Source: a virus
Lineage: Duplodnaviria; Caudoviricetes
Strand: one strand, 5' to 3'
Virus record (IMG/VR): IMGVR_UViG_3300017766_002086
Coordinates: 1-40,568 of that record
Length of the DNA stretch: 40,568 nt
Both the position numbers and the translations under genes were made by a program. The notes below the pieces were generated by a model. The model did no database searches, had not been told where the DNA came from, and saw only the letters and a list, made by a program, of their open reading frames with translations. Positions 23,692 through 32,645 of this stretch are shown one piece after another. How positions within the stretch are numbered: position 1 is the stretch's first letter; each line of letters begins with the position of its first letter.

Positions 23692-25676
23692 CAGTCGAAG
23701 CCTCCGGTGGAGGGGTTATAACGGCGGCGGAGCGGGGTTCCACCCGTGCGGGGTGGCGCTTGGGTGCGAGGGGCAGGAGCCGCCGCCCCTGAACCTGAAC
23801 CGTTGGTGCGGAACCACTGACGCCACGGAACGACCCGGCGGACACGCGGCATGTTGTGAGCACCCGCATCGAACAGCGGCTGGTCGGCGGTGTAACGCGC
23901 CCATTCTTCCATGCCGCCCCGGATGGTGCCGTTCTCCAAGGAGTAGTTCTCCATGAAGGCCACGAAGTCGCCTTGGCGCTGGCCCCAAGCCAGACCGGCC
24001 TCGGCGGCGGCGATGTTGGCCTCGCGGGGCTTGTCGATGGAGGGGGCCGCACCACGGAACATCGCGACGTCCCGGTCCGAAGCGGCACCCGGCAGACCTT
24101 GGCGCATGGCCGGGGTCAGCTGGTCCGTCAAGGCCATGAAGCGTCGGGTGTCGGCGTCGAACGCCCCGCGAACGGTTCCCGCGCCCGGCATCGCCATCAT
24201 GCCGCCGGTATCCACCGTGCGGGCCAGCGGAAGCATCTGGCGATAGATGTTGGCGGCGGCGGCGGCTTGACCGGCTTCGGTCCGCCACGTCCGCAGTTGC
24301 ACATCCTCGGCGGGGGGCAGACGGCCTCCCCGTTGACCGCCAGCCGCGCCCCCGCCCGAACGAGCCGCCGGGGGCGTCCGAATGTTGGTGAGTTGACCGG
24401 TGGTCGTGTCGACCTGCGCCGCCGTTCCAGCCGGGTATCCGGCCAGTTCTTCCGCCGTGGCCGCGCGGTATTGGGCGGACGGACGGGCGCGACCGGGGCG
24501 AACGACTTCGACACCACCGGGCCTTGCAGCCGGGGGGTCTTGGGTCCGAGGGGCAGGAGCAGCGCCGCCCGTTCCCAGCGCCCGAACGTTGCTGGCGACA
24601 TACGCCTTCGTTTCGGCGGGCGCGTGGGCGAGCCAGCTATCGCCGTGCCGCTGCAGGGCGTTGTCCAGGTTCCCCGGACCCCAATTGTAAGCGGCCCACG
24701 CCTTGGCGGGGTCGTTGTCGTAACGGGCCATCATCGCGCCGAGATAGTCCCGGCCAACGCGCGAACGCTCTTCGTCGCTGTCGTCTTGCGCCGGGCGGAC
24801 ACCGAAGCCGGGGTCCACACGGGTTCCGGGCATGACCTGCATCCGGCCTTCGGCTCCCGCCGACGAGCGAATGAGGCGACCTTGACCGTCGCGCTCGCGA
24901 TTGCGGCTCTCGGCTTGCGCCGTGATGGGGACCATGGCCGCGAGGAGGCCCTCGCCGGTCGCCGGGGGTGCTTCCGGCGCTGCAGGGGCGCTCGCCGGTC
25001 CTACGTCCGCCCGGTCCCCTGTGGCGTCGGAAGGGCCGTCCGAGGACATACCGGGGATGCGAATGAGGTCGCGGGTGGGGTCAACGGCCTCGTATCGGTC
25101 GCCACGGGCAACCTCGCGGGCATCGCCGGTCAGTTGGTCGGCGCGGAAGATGGAGCCGCCGTTCTGGAAGAACTTGTAGCGTTCCAGCGCCTGATCGGAC
25201 GCGCCGACAACGGCGGTCAGGAACGAATCCGGGTCGGCCTCAAGACCGGCGCGCATCTGGGCGATCTGTTCGGCATCCGCGCCACGGGCAATCCACGTCC
25301 CGGCCATCATGTCGAAGGCGGGCAGGACGGCCTCGGCCCCTTGCGAAGTCAGGACGCCGCGCAGGTTGCTGGCCATGTTGCCAAGGACGGTGGCCTCGCG
25401 GGCTTCCTCGGCCAGACGGCGCTCTTCGGCGCGTTGGGCTTCCTGTTCGGCACGGGTCCGCGCCGCGATTTCGCGGTCTTGGGCCTTCCATTCGTTGTCG
25501 AGGACCCCTTGCGCTTGGTCCATCAGACCGTTGCGGTTCAGGATATCGGTGGCCCCGATGCCGTCGCCGTCCGCAAGGGCACGACCGGCCCGGCGGGTTG
25601 CGTAGGCGTCAGCCCATTGGTTGGCTTGCCCGACACCTCGGGCGGCGGCGTTGGGGTCCAGAAGACGAAAGTCCAT
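23691..25676 (-). CDS. Internal virion protein with lytic transglycosylase (SLT) domain, 661 aa
   Basis: AES, GRMQVMPGT, AAYNWGPG, ETKAYV motifs. Confidence 0.8.
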   Translation of the reverse strand: MDFRLLDPNAAARGVGQANQWADAYATRRAGRALADGDGIGATDILNRNGLMDQAQGVLDNEWKAQDREIAARTRAEQEAQRAEERRLAEEAREATVLGNMASNLRGVLTSQGAEAVLPAFDMMAGTWIARGADAEQIAQMRAGLEADPDSFLTAVVGASDQALERYKFFQNGGSIFRADQLTGDAREVARGDRYEAVDPTRDLIRIPGMSSDGPSDATGDRADVGPASAPAAPEAPPATGEGLLAAMVPITAQAESRNRERDGQGRLIRSSAGAEGRMQVMPGTRVDPGFGVRPAQDDSDEERSRVGRDYLGAMMARYDNDPAKAWAAYNWGPGNLDNALQRHGDSWLAHAPAETKAYVASNVRALGTGGAAPAPRTQDPPAARPGGVEVVRPGRARPSAQYRAATAEELAGYPAGTAAQVDTTTGQLTNIRTPPAARSGGGAAGGQRGGRLPPAEDVQLRTWRTEAGQAAAAANIYRQMLPLARTVDTGGMMAMPGAGTVRGAFDADTRRFMALTDQLTPAMRQGLPGAASDRDVAMFRGAAPSIDKPREANIAAAEAGLAWGQRQGDFVAFMENYSLENGTIRGGMEEWARYTADQPLFDAGAHNMPRVRRVVPWRQWFRTNGSGSGAAAPAPRTQAPPRTGGTPLRRRYNPSTGGFD

Positions 25677-25679
25677 GGG

Positions 25680-26222
25680 TCACCCGTAGCTGGACATGCG
25701 GTCGAACGCGCCGCCGACCTGACCGGCGATTTGTCCCCACGCGTTGGCCCCGGCGAAACCGGCATTGGCCCGGTTCGTCGCGTCGGCGGCGATGGCGGCG
25801 GAGTTGGCGTTGGCCACCCCGGCACCGATACCCGCGCCTTGCAGACCCATGCCCGCGATGGCCTGTTGCTGGCCGAACCAGCGGTTGAATTCGTCGGAGG
25901 CGCTGTTGGAGGCGTAATCCGAAACGGCCTTCATGGCCCCGCCCGACCGAAGCAGTCCGTTGACCGCCTTGTTGGTCGTCACCCCGTCCAGACCTTGCTG
26001 CAGACGGAAGTTGTAGCCCGGCGACGTTTCGAAGGCGTTCGGGTCTTCAAGCCGACCCAGCGCCCGGCCCCCGGCGGACATGTAGGGGTCAACAGCGCCC
26101 CACACCTTGGCCTGTTGTTCCTGCTGCGCTTTGAGGGCGGCGGCGGACGACTTGGCGGCGGACTTGGCTGCCGAAGCTTGCCCCAATCCGCCGATGATGC
26201 CGCCGAGAAGTGATCCGAACAT
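25680..26222 (-). CDS. DNA transfer/pilot protein (gp7-like), 180 aa
   Basis: Gly/Ala-rich, SPGYNFRLQQG, GLLRSG motifs. Confidence 0.75.
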   Translation of the reverse strand: MFGSLLGGIIGGLGQASAAKSAAKSSAAALKAQQEQQAKVWGAVDPYMSAGGRALGRLEDPNAFETSPGYNFRLQQGLDGVTTNKAVNGLLRSGGAMKAVSDYASNSASDEFNRWFGQQQAIAGMGLQGAGIGAGVANANSAAIAADATNRANAGFAGANAWGQIAGQVGGAFDRMSSYG

Positions 26223-26257
26223 CAGGTCCTTCCTGTCTTGTCGGTTTCTAGTGGGCC

Positions 26258-26286
26258 AGTATACCGCGCGTCGGGCCAGCCGTCAA
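26258..26286 (-). promoter_or_regulatory. Internal sigma70-type promoter for the ejection-protein/lysis operon
   Basis: TTGACG-17bp-TATACT on the minus strand. Confidence 0.7.
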
Positions 26287-26295
26287 GGGAAAACT

Positions 26296-26808
26296 CTAGG
26301 GAGCGATGCTTTCGTTGAGGAACATGGCCTGCTCCAACGCGATATACCGGGCCGCGAGCGCGATATGGGCGGCGGCGATGGCCTGAACCTCCGCTTGGGT
26401 GGGCGGGTTGGACACGGTGAACGCGCCGGGCAGGGCGTAGGGGGTTACCGGGTCGCCCGCCCCCGTGGAAGCTATCCAGCCGACCTGCTGCAGGGCGTCG
26501 ATAGTGATGCCGCCGCCGATCTGCCCGCCCCCTTCCAGGCCGATGCCCGCGACGATTTCGTTCTCCTTGAGGCCGTCCAAGTCGTCTTGCGCCGCTTGGG
26601 CCTTGCCGTCCGCGTCGACCGCCTTCTCGTCCGCTACCGACGCTGCGACCTTCGTCCCATCCACCAGATCAGTATCGCCGCCGGAGCGGTTTCGGCTGCT
26701 CTCGAAATAGCGATACCACGGTTCGGTAACAAGACCGGTGGCCTTGTCGAACAAGGGCTGGTTGATCGGCGGGAGGGTGACTTCAACGGGGATGGATGCC
26801 TCGGGCAT
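26296..26808 (-). CDS. Tail needle/plug protein (P22 gp26-like), 170 aa
   Basis: Position after gp10-like gene; heptad region; GWIASTG and TVSNPPTQAEVQAIA C-terminal pattern. Confidence 0.55.
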   Translation of the reverse strand: MPEASIPVEVTLPPINQPLFDKATGLVTEPWYRYFESSRNRSGGDTDLVDGTKVAASVADEKAVDADGKAQAAQDDLDGLKENEIVAGIGLEGGGQIGGGITIDALQQVGWIASTGAGDPVTPYALPGAFTVSNPPTQAEVQAIAAAHIALAARYIALEQAMFLNESIAP

Positions 26809-29511
26809 TTAGGGCCTCCACTCATTGAACGACACCATGTAGGGGGTGAATTCCACCGGGTCGGAGCATCGGAATTCGAACGCGCGACCGGGCGAAGGGA
26901 ACGTGCCGAGATTGGTCCAGTGAGCGAGGGCCTCTTTGCCACGCTGCCCGTGAACCCCCAGGGGTGCTTCCAGCCACGGGGACCAGTCTTGCCCCAAGTG
27001 ATCGCTGAACCGCATTTCGACCACGGGCCGCTCCCCCCTCGTCCCCGGCAGGGTTCCGACGCCCTGCTGGCAATGCAGCGCCAGAGAGAAGTTGCGGATG
27101 AAGCCGGACTTGAGCGGCTGGAACGTGGAGGTGATGCGCTCGATGGGAACGTCGTCGAAGTCCGTGAACTGCTGGCCGTTGAAGCCCATGATGCGGCCCG
27201 ACAGGGCGTCCCCCATGAACCCTTCCTCGCAGGTCGAGACACGGAACCGGTCCTCCCCCCACGACTTCCATTCGGCCCACAGCTTCTGGCCGACGTTCAG
27301 GGCGTGGGTGCCATACCCGACGATGTTCAGCACATAGAACGTGTGACCGCCGAACGTGACGGAGAACGCGCTGTTGTCGGCGAACTGCTCCTCGGTCTGC
27401 TTCCGCAGCAGGTCATCGATCTTCGGGGTCGACACCTTGAGGGGGGTCTGCGCCGCCTTGTAGACCATCCGGTCGTTCCCCACAAAGTGGAGGATGTTAT
27501 CGGCCATGCGGATGGTCTGCAGCGCCAGACAGCCCTTGTCGTAGGTGCGGCCTTGTGAGCGCTGGAACGGGTTGTTCGGGTCCAGCGTGGGATAGTGCCA
27601 TTCCGTCGTAATCCGCCCGAAGAAGCCGATGGCCTCCCCCATCGTCGCCGCCCCGAGAATGGCGTCCGGATTGGCTTCGGCGCTGGCGAACGACAGGCCG
27701 TCGATAGTCTGCGCGTCGTTCACGGCGCTGTAGTAGAACATGCCGCTTTCGTCGGCCACCACGTAGATGAACCGGCCAGCCGACACCACAACGTCGCGGA
27801 CGTAGGGGAGGTCCGGGTCGGAGATACGGGTGACTTCCGTCGTGGTGACGTAATAGGCCCGGTCCCCGGCGATGATGACGACTTCCTCGTCGGAGAAGGC
27901 GAACCGGCACTGGCCTTCGGCGGGCACCAGCCCGATGTTGACGCCATCCCGCCAGACCGTGGGGCCGGATACGGTGTATCGGAACCCCTTGTGCAGGAAC
28001 GAGGCGCGGACGGGTCCCCCACCCCGTTCAGCCACGACGTAGAGGCCGGGCCTTTGATAACGGGCGGTGGCCACCGGCCCCTCGGGCGTGGTTTCCACAT
28101 ACATGTTGACCAGCCGCTGAATGAGCAGCTGTTGTCGACCACCATCCTGGAGTTTCAGGGGGTCGGGGACAAGGGGCGTTTCACCGCCCTTGGCGAGGAC
28201 GAGGAGGCCCATCTGTGTAATCCTTGCGTTGGCTTCCGTGTTGGCGAGGGACTGGAGGCCGAAACCCCCAAGGAACGCACGTGTAAATCCGAACGGGGTG
28301 AGCGTCAGGGGCGGGAGTTGACCTGCCGCTTCGACGCTCTCCAGCGCCCCTCCCGTGGCCGGTGTGAGGGTGAGGGCGGGTAGCGCCCCGCTGGCCGTGG
28401 TAGTGGCCTCCCCGGTGCCCGTCGCGGCCCCCAGCACCATGCCGGGCAGCGCCCCGCTGGCCACCACGTCGACCGGGGTGGAGGCACCAATTCCGATGCC
28501 GAAGACGGCGATGCGGTAAATCCGCTCCGCCGGGAAGCCGAGGAACCCGTTCTGGTAAAGGGCATACCAGCCAAGCCGGAACGACCGCGCCCCAACCGGG
28601 ATGGTGCCCGTGTATTTGATCGGGGTGCCGCCGGTTTGCGACTGCGTGGCCGAAGCTTCGCACCACTCCCGGCTTCCGATGATAACGTTGCTGCCGTCAT
28701 ACCATTCGATGTAGGCCCGGCTAAGGTCCCCGCTTTCCGAGCCGATCTTCGTGTAGTAGATCAGCGACGTTGCGCCACCCGCATCGATATCGGCGTTGAA
28801 GGCGCTGTCGATCGCTTGGCCGTAGTAGATTTCGATGCGGGACGGCGTTCCGCTCGGGGACAGGCCCCGGATATTGGCGTCGTTGAAGAACACGCCAGCG
28901 CCGCCAGCTTCCCGGTCGGGAGTGCCGGTAATGCTGGTCCACCCGGTGGTGTTGGCCGGGTTCGAAATGCCAAGGAGCAGAGCGGAGTTATCGCCGGTGT
29001 CGACAAGGTTCGCCGTGAAGTCATCGACATACGAATCGATGTTCGCGCTGCCGAACGTCTCCCGCGCTCTGGCCGAAATCCGGATGTTTCGGGTGGTCGG
29101 GGGGATGCGGATATCCGCCTCGCCCTGCTGCGTCCAAGTCGTCGGGGCGGAGGACGTCGACATTCGCGATGCCCGCGACGTCAACAGGACGTTGGAGCCA
29201 TCGAAGAATTCGATCACCCAGCTGATCGGCTCCGCAACGACCGCAACGTTGTGCTTGACCCACAGGTCGAAGTCCAGCGCAAGGAGGCCCGCGTCGACGT
29301 CGGCCTGTTCCGGGCCGGGGATGGCGATGGTTTGGCCCCACCACGCGTTCCCGGCGTTGGAGCCGCTCATTTGGAACCCGTAGGTCCCGCTATGCTTCTC
29401 GGACGTTACCGCAGTTGGGCCAACCGTGCCGGGGCTGATCGCCGCCCAGCCGGTCGCGTCCCCGGTTTCCGCTCCGGGGTTCGTGATGGTAAGGGCGAGG
29501 GGGTAGGCCAT
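26809..29511 (-). CDS. Tail hub/DNA-stabilisation protein (P22 gp10-like C-terminal half) fused to N-terminal putative carbohydrate-binding modules, 900 aa
   Basis: C-terminal QRLVNMYVE, SFASAEANPD, RFSDHLGQDWS, RAFEFRCSDP; N-terminal ITNPGAETGDATGW jelly-roll-like start. Confidence 0.75.
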   Translation of the reverse strand: MAYPLALTITNPGAETGDATGWAAISPGTVGPTAVTSEKHSGTYGFQMSGSNAGNAWWGQTIAIPGPEQADVDAGLLALDFDLWVKHNVAVVAEPISWVIEFFDGSNVLLTSRASRMSTSSAPTTWTQQGEADIRIPPTTRNIRISARARETFGSANIDSYVDDFTANLVDTGDNSALLLGISNPANTTGWTSITGTPDREAGGAGVFFNDANIRGLSPSGTPSRIEIYYGQAIDSAFNADIDAGGATSLIYYTKIGSESGDLSRAYIEWYDGSNVIIGSREWCEASATQSQTGGTPIKYTGTIPVGARSFRLGWYALYQNGFLGFPAERIYRIAVFGIGIGASTPVDVVASGALPGMVLGAATGTGEATTTASGALPALTLTPATGGALESVEAAGQLPPLTLTPFGFTRAFLGGFGLQSLANTEANARITQMGLLVLAKGGETPLVPDPLKLQDGGRQQLLIQRLVNMYVETTPEGPVATARYQRPGLYVVAERGGGPVRASFLHKGFRYTVSGPTVWRDGVNIGLVPAEGQCRFAFSDEEVVIIAGDRAYYVTTTEVTRISDPDLPYVRDVVVSAGRFIYVVADESGMFYYSAVNDAQTIDGLSFASAEANPDAILGAATMGEAIGFFGRITTEWHYPTLDPNNPFQRSQGRTYDKGCLALQTIRMADNILHFVGNDRMVYKAAQTPLKVSTPKIDDLLRKQTEEQFADNSAFSVTFGGHTFYVLNIVGYGTHALNVGQKLWAEWKSWGEDRFRVSTCEEGFMGDALSGRIMGFNGQQFTDFDDVPIERITSTFQPLKSGFIRNFSLALHCQQGVGTLPGTRGERPVVEMRFSDHLGQDWSPWLEAPLGVHGQRGKEALAHWTNLGTFPSPGRAFEFRCSDPVEFTPYMVSFNEWRP

Positions 29512-29521
29512 CTACTGGCCC

Positions 29522-29938
29522 CTATCCCAGATCGAGCGGAGCCGTCAGGGTAAGCGTGAAATCGCCGCCGACCGAGGACTTGTCCGCACCGAAATCGACG
29601 TAGCCGACCAGTTCGTCGGCGCTGGAGGCCCCACCGCGCGACTTGTAGATGACCGCGCCACGGGCGGTAATCGTCGAAGTCGGCCACGTGACGTCGGAGA
29701 AGGTGGCCACGGCCTTGTTGGTGGCGTTGTCCTGCGAAACCACGCAGGGGATGACTTCGCCCCCGGCGGTATACCCGGTGCCGGTGACTTCGTTGGTCAC
29801 GTCGTCCCGGCGATTGTGCGCGTCGACGTCCGGGGTGTAGGCCGAAGTCACCAGCATCGCCTTGAGCGTGTCGGTGTCAAGGTTGATGTTCGCCTTGAAC
29901 AGGTCGACCTTGAAGCTGTTGTAGTTGACGGAGGCCAT
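29522..29938 (-). CDS. Minor virion structural protein, 138 aa
   Basis: YNSFK..LDTDTLKAMLV..YTPD, NEVTGTGYTAGG, ITARGAVIY motifs of a widespread phage tail-associated family. Confidence 0.75.
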   Translation of the reverse strand: MASVNYNSFKVDLFKANINLDTDTLKAMLVTSAYTPDVDAHNRRDDVTNEVTGTGYTAGGEVIPCVVSQDNATNKAVATFSDVTWPTSTITARGAVIYKSRGGASSADELVGYVDFGADKSSVGGDFTLTLTAPLDLG

Positions 29939-29940
29939 CT

Positions 29941-31023
29941 TTACACGGTCCTTTCGACCTGAATGTTGGGCATGGCCGAGGGGGTCCAAGCCCCGTCCCC
30001 GTTTCCGGGGTCAGTCTCCCAAACATCGAAGAAGTAGTTGTAGCTGGTCGCCATCGCCTTGTCGTCAGCGGCCATTTCCAGAGTGGCGATGGAGAAGACG
30101 CCCAGCTGGATATTGCAGTCCCCGCTGTCGGTCTTGCGGGCATAGGCCAACGGGGCGACCGCCGCCACGGAGAGGACGTTGACCGGCAGCGGCTCCACGG
30201 CGAACCGGGCCTTGTTGCCCACGCTCTCGGAGAAGATGTAGTCCACGTCGCCATCCGGCGGGATTTCGCTGATCAGCGGATAGCCGTTCGCGCCGGTCGT
30301 GTAGTCCCATTCCTGCGGGGCGGCGTCCGACACCGGTTGCAGGTAGTAGACGCCCATCTGGCCGAGGAAGTCCGCCGTCTCGCCCACGGAGACGAAGATA
30401 TCGTCCCACCAGAGGATTTCATACTCGATGGGGATGCTGCTGTCGAAGCTTCCGATGGCGATCTGGGCGACTTCCGCGCCGCCCGTGCCGAACAGGGTAT
30501 TGCCCTCGTAGCTGACGAAGGTCTTCCCGTTGATCTTGACTTCAACCGACCCATCGGCGTCGAAGATCGCCTTCGTCTCCATATGGTTCCACGCCCCGGC
30601 GGCGACTTCCAGGGTCGACTGCGCCAGCAGAACAGGGGCATCGGGGCCGGTCGTGCTGGAGGTTCGGTCCAGCCCGCCACCCATGATCAGAATGCGCCCG
30701 GTGGTGCCGATCTGAATGCTGATGTGGGACCGGTTCGCCCCGTTGCGGAATTGCTGAACGACCGTGCAGCCCCGGATGGCGTTGAAGGGCGGAATGGGGA
30801 GCCGGGAGAGCCGGAACCCGCAGCCCATCACCACTTGGTCGAAATCGCCCCCGAGCGAACGACGGCCCTGCGCACCAATGACGGTCAGGGCGGCGGAGCG
30901 TTCCCCGGTGCGGGCTTGCGTCTCGGACAGGACGAAATCGTCGAACTGCGCCCACGCCCCATCGGGCACCAAGGATTCGTCGGCACCGTATTGGTCAAAA
31001 CCGTCGAACCACGCGATGGTCAC
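29941..31023 (-). CDS. Virion protein with ConA/LamG-like lectin fold, 360 aa
   Basis: FDGFDQY start, WNHMETK..GSVEVKING, WWDDIFV patterns. Confidence 0.65.
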   Translation of the reverse strand: MTIAWFDGFDQYGADESLVPDGAWAQFDDFVLSETQARTGERSAALTVIGAQGRRSLGGDFDQVVMGCGFRLSRLPIPPFNAIRGCTVVQQFRNGANRSHISIQIGTTGRILIMGGGLDRTSSTTGPDAPVLLAQSTLEVAAGAWNHMETKAIFDADGSVEVKINGKTFVSYEGNTLFGTGGAEVAQIAIGSFDSSIPIEYEILWWDDIFVSVGETADFLGQMGVYYLQPVSDAAPQEWDYTTGANGYPLISEIPPDGDVDYIFSESVGNKARFAVEPLPVNVLSVAAVAPLAYARKTDSGDCNIQLGVFSIATLEMAADDKAMATSYNYFFDVWETDPGNGDGAWTPSAMPNIQVERTV

Positions 31024-31598
31024 GAATAGACACCCTTGCCGGTCTTCCGCCCGCCAACACGACGGGTGGCTAGGGACAGCCTAGCACGGCCCACGCGCCG
31101 AAGCAATTCCCCCGGAGTTGGCTGACCGGTTTCCTCCAGCAGGGCTTCTGCCAGCAGGTCCTTGATCGCTTCATCGAAGCGGGGGGTCAGCGGGGCTTGC
31201 GCCGTGAGGGTCAAGCCGTGGATGGAGGCCCATTGCCCGCGCATGCCGTCGAACAGCCAGTATTCCGGCTCCCCGGATACCGGGTCGACAACGATGATGA
31301 AGGCGAGGTCGAGGGGCTGGCGCGTCCGGCCCGTTCCCGTATCCACGACGGTGGTGGGAATGGTGACGGTGGCCGGGATGGACTGATAGACCCGCTGGCC
31401 TTCCTCGGCGGTGTAGGTTGCGGTGTCCAGATATTTGTCGCAGATGCGGCCAAACATGCCGCCTTCAATGAGACTGCCATAGAGGCCGACAAGGCGCTCC
31501 ATGCCGATGTTCGCTTGGGAGGCGTTCAGGTTAACGCCCGCCGCCATGATACCCGACCGGCGGTAGGCGGACTTGATTACGTCGCGGCAGGTCGTCAT
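31020..31598 (-). CDS. Head-tail adaptor (P22 gp4-like), 192 aa
   Basis: MTTCRDVIKSAYRRSGI N-terminus; position after the head genes. Confidence 0.65.
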   Translation of the reverse strand: MTTCRDVIKSAYRRSGIMAAGVNLNASQANIGMERLVGLYGSLIEGGMFGRICDKYLDTATYTAEEGQRVYQSIPATVTIPTTVVDTGTGRTRQPLDLAFIIVVDPVSGEPEYWLFDGMRGQWASIHGLTLTAQAPLTPRFDEAIKDLLAEALLEETGQPTPGELLRRVGRARLSLATRRVGGRKTGKGVYS

Positions 31599-31649
31599 GG
31601 TAAAATTCCTGTTGGAGGGCGGTTTGGGGGGCCGAAGCCCCCCGCCCCA

Positions 31650-32030
31650 TCAGTCTTCGTCGTTGCCGCGCGCGATGCGGGCCTCGCGGATGGCCTCCAT
31701 CAGCTTGGCCTTGGTCGTGTTGGCCGGGAAATCCACACCCTCGGCGGTGGCGACGTCTTTCAACGCCTCCAGCTTCAAGGCGGGGAGGTCGTCGACCTCG
31801 CGGCGTTCGGGGCGGACCTTGGCGTCCCCCTCGAATTCGAAGTGCGAGTGGCCCCGCAGCTTCTTGAGCGCCGCCTCGTCCGTCACGCCGACGAACTCCC
31901 CCTTGGGGAATTCCATGCCGAACATCGACATGCTCGACGGGCCGGAGAAGTCGTCCTTCGGGTCGCCGATGAAGCGGACTTGCGTCCCCTCCGTGGTGGC
32001 TTCCTCCTGGACTTCGGTTTCGTCCGTCAT
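31650..32030 (-). CDS. Small head-region protein with C-terminal HeH/SAP-like motif, 126 aa
   Basis: LKDVATAEGVDFPANTTKAKLMEAI; AAGGA RBS. Confidence 0.65.
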   Translation of the reverse strand: MTDETEVQEEATTEGTQVRFIGDPKDDFSGPSSMSMFGMEFPKGEFVGVTDEAALKKLRGHSHFEFEGDAKVRPERREVDDLPALKLEALKDVATAEGVDFPANTTKAKLMEAIREARIARGNDED

Positions 32031-32088
32031 GTTGACGGTTCCTTCTGTGGTTCAGCTGCCGAAGCTAGCTGGCCCCTAGGGGCGAGGT

Positions 32089-32574
32089 TCAGGAGGCCGC
32101 GAAGAACGGCTCCAGATAGTCGACCCGGACCGTGACGGTGCCGGTTCCGCCAGCGGCGGCGACGGCGATCACGGTGCCGCGAACGATCGTCTCGGCCAGC
32201 AGTTGGGGCTGGGTCGGGAACGGACCGTTGAAGTGCCGGATTTCGGCGCCGTTGGTCAGAGGCGGGGTGGCGGCATCGCCGGTCAGAACGCCGGAGTTCG
32301 TGAAGTAGTCGGCGTCGATCACGGCCCCACCTTCGCTGGCGGCGATGCCGATATCCAGTTCGAAGGTTTCGGTGCCGGTGTCGATATCCGAGACAACGGC
32401 GTAGCCGCCGACCGGGACGGCCCCGGCGGGCAGACGGAAGAAGTCGTAGGTGTCGCCCACTTCCGGAACTTCCGGGATGGTGAACGTCACATAGCGCGAA
32501 AGCAGGACGCCGCCCCCGACGAAGGAGGGGGTCGGACCTGCCATCAGCACCGACTTGAAGTTTTGCGCGGCCAT
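32089..32574 (-). CDS. Putative capsid decoration/cement protein, 161 aa
   Basis: Beta-rich, directly downstream of the major capsid gene. Confidence 0.6.
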   Translation of the reverse strand: MAAQNFKSVLMAGPTPSFVGGGVLLSRYVTFTIPEVPEVGDTYDFFRLPAGAVPVGGYAVVSDIDTGTETFELDIGIAASEGGAVIDADYFTNSGVLTGDAATPPLTNGAEIRHFNGPFPTQPQLLAETIVRGTVIAVAAAGGTGTVTVRVDYLEPFFAAS

Positions 32575-32645
32575 TTCTGGCTTGCCTTTCTTTAGGCGGG
32601 GGGAGGACTAGCCTCCCCCGGCCAAGGTGTGACGGAGGCCTGGAA

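Noticed and set aside
23757-24570. Duplicated AAPAPRTQ peptide and ~24 bp repeat in the SLT virion protein
   Set aside because: Short linker duplication; no reverse transcriptase or TR/VR pattern to suggest a diversity-generating retroelement
21643-26213. Very long antisense ORFs (e.g. 21643..23721, 23856..26213, 9499..11304, 36763..38298)
   Set aside because: Mirror frames of real genes, expected from high GC3 bias; no RBS or recognisable motifs
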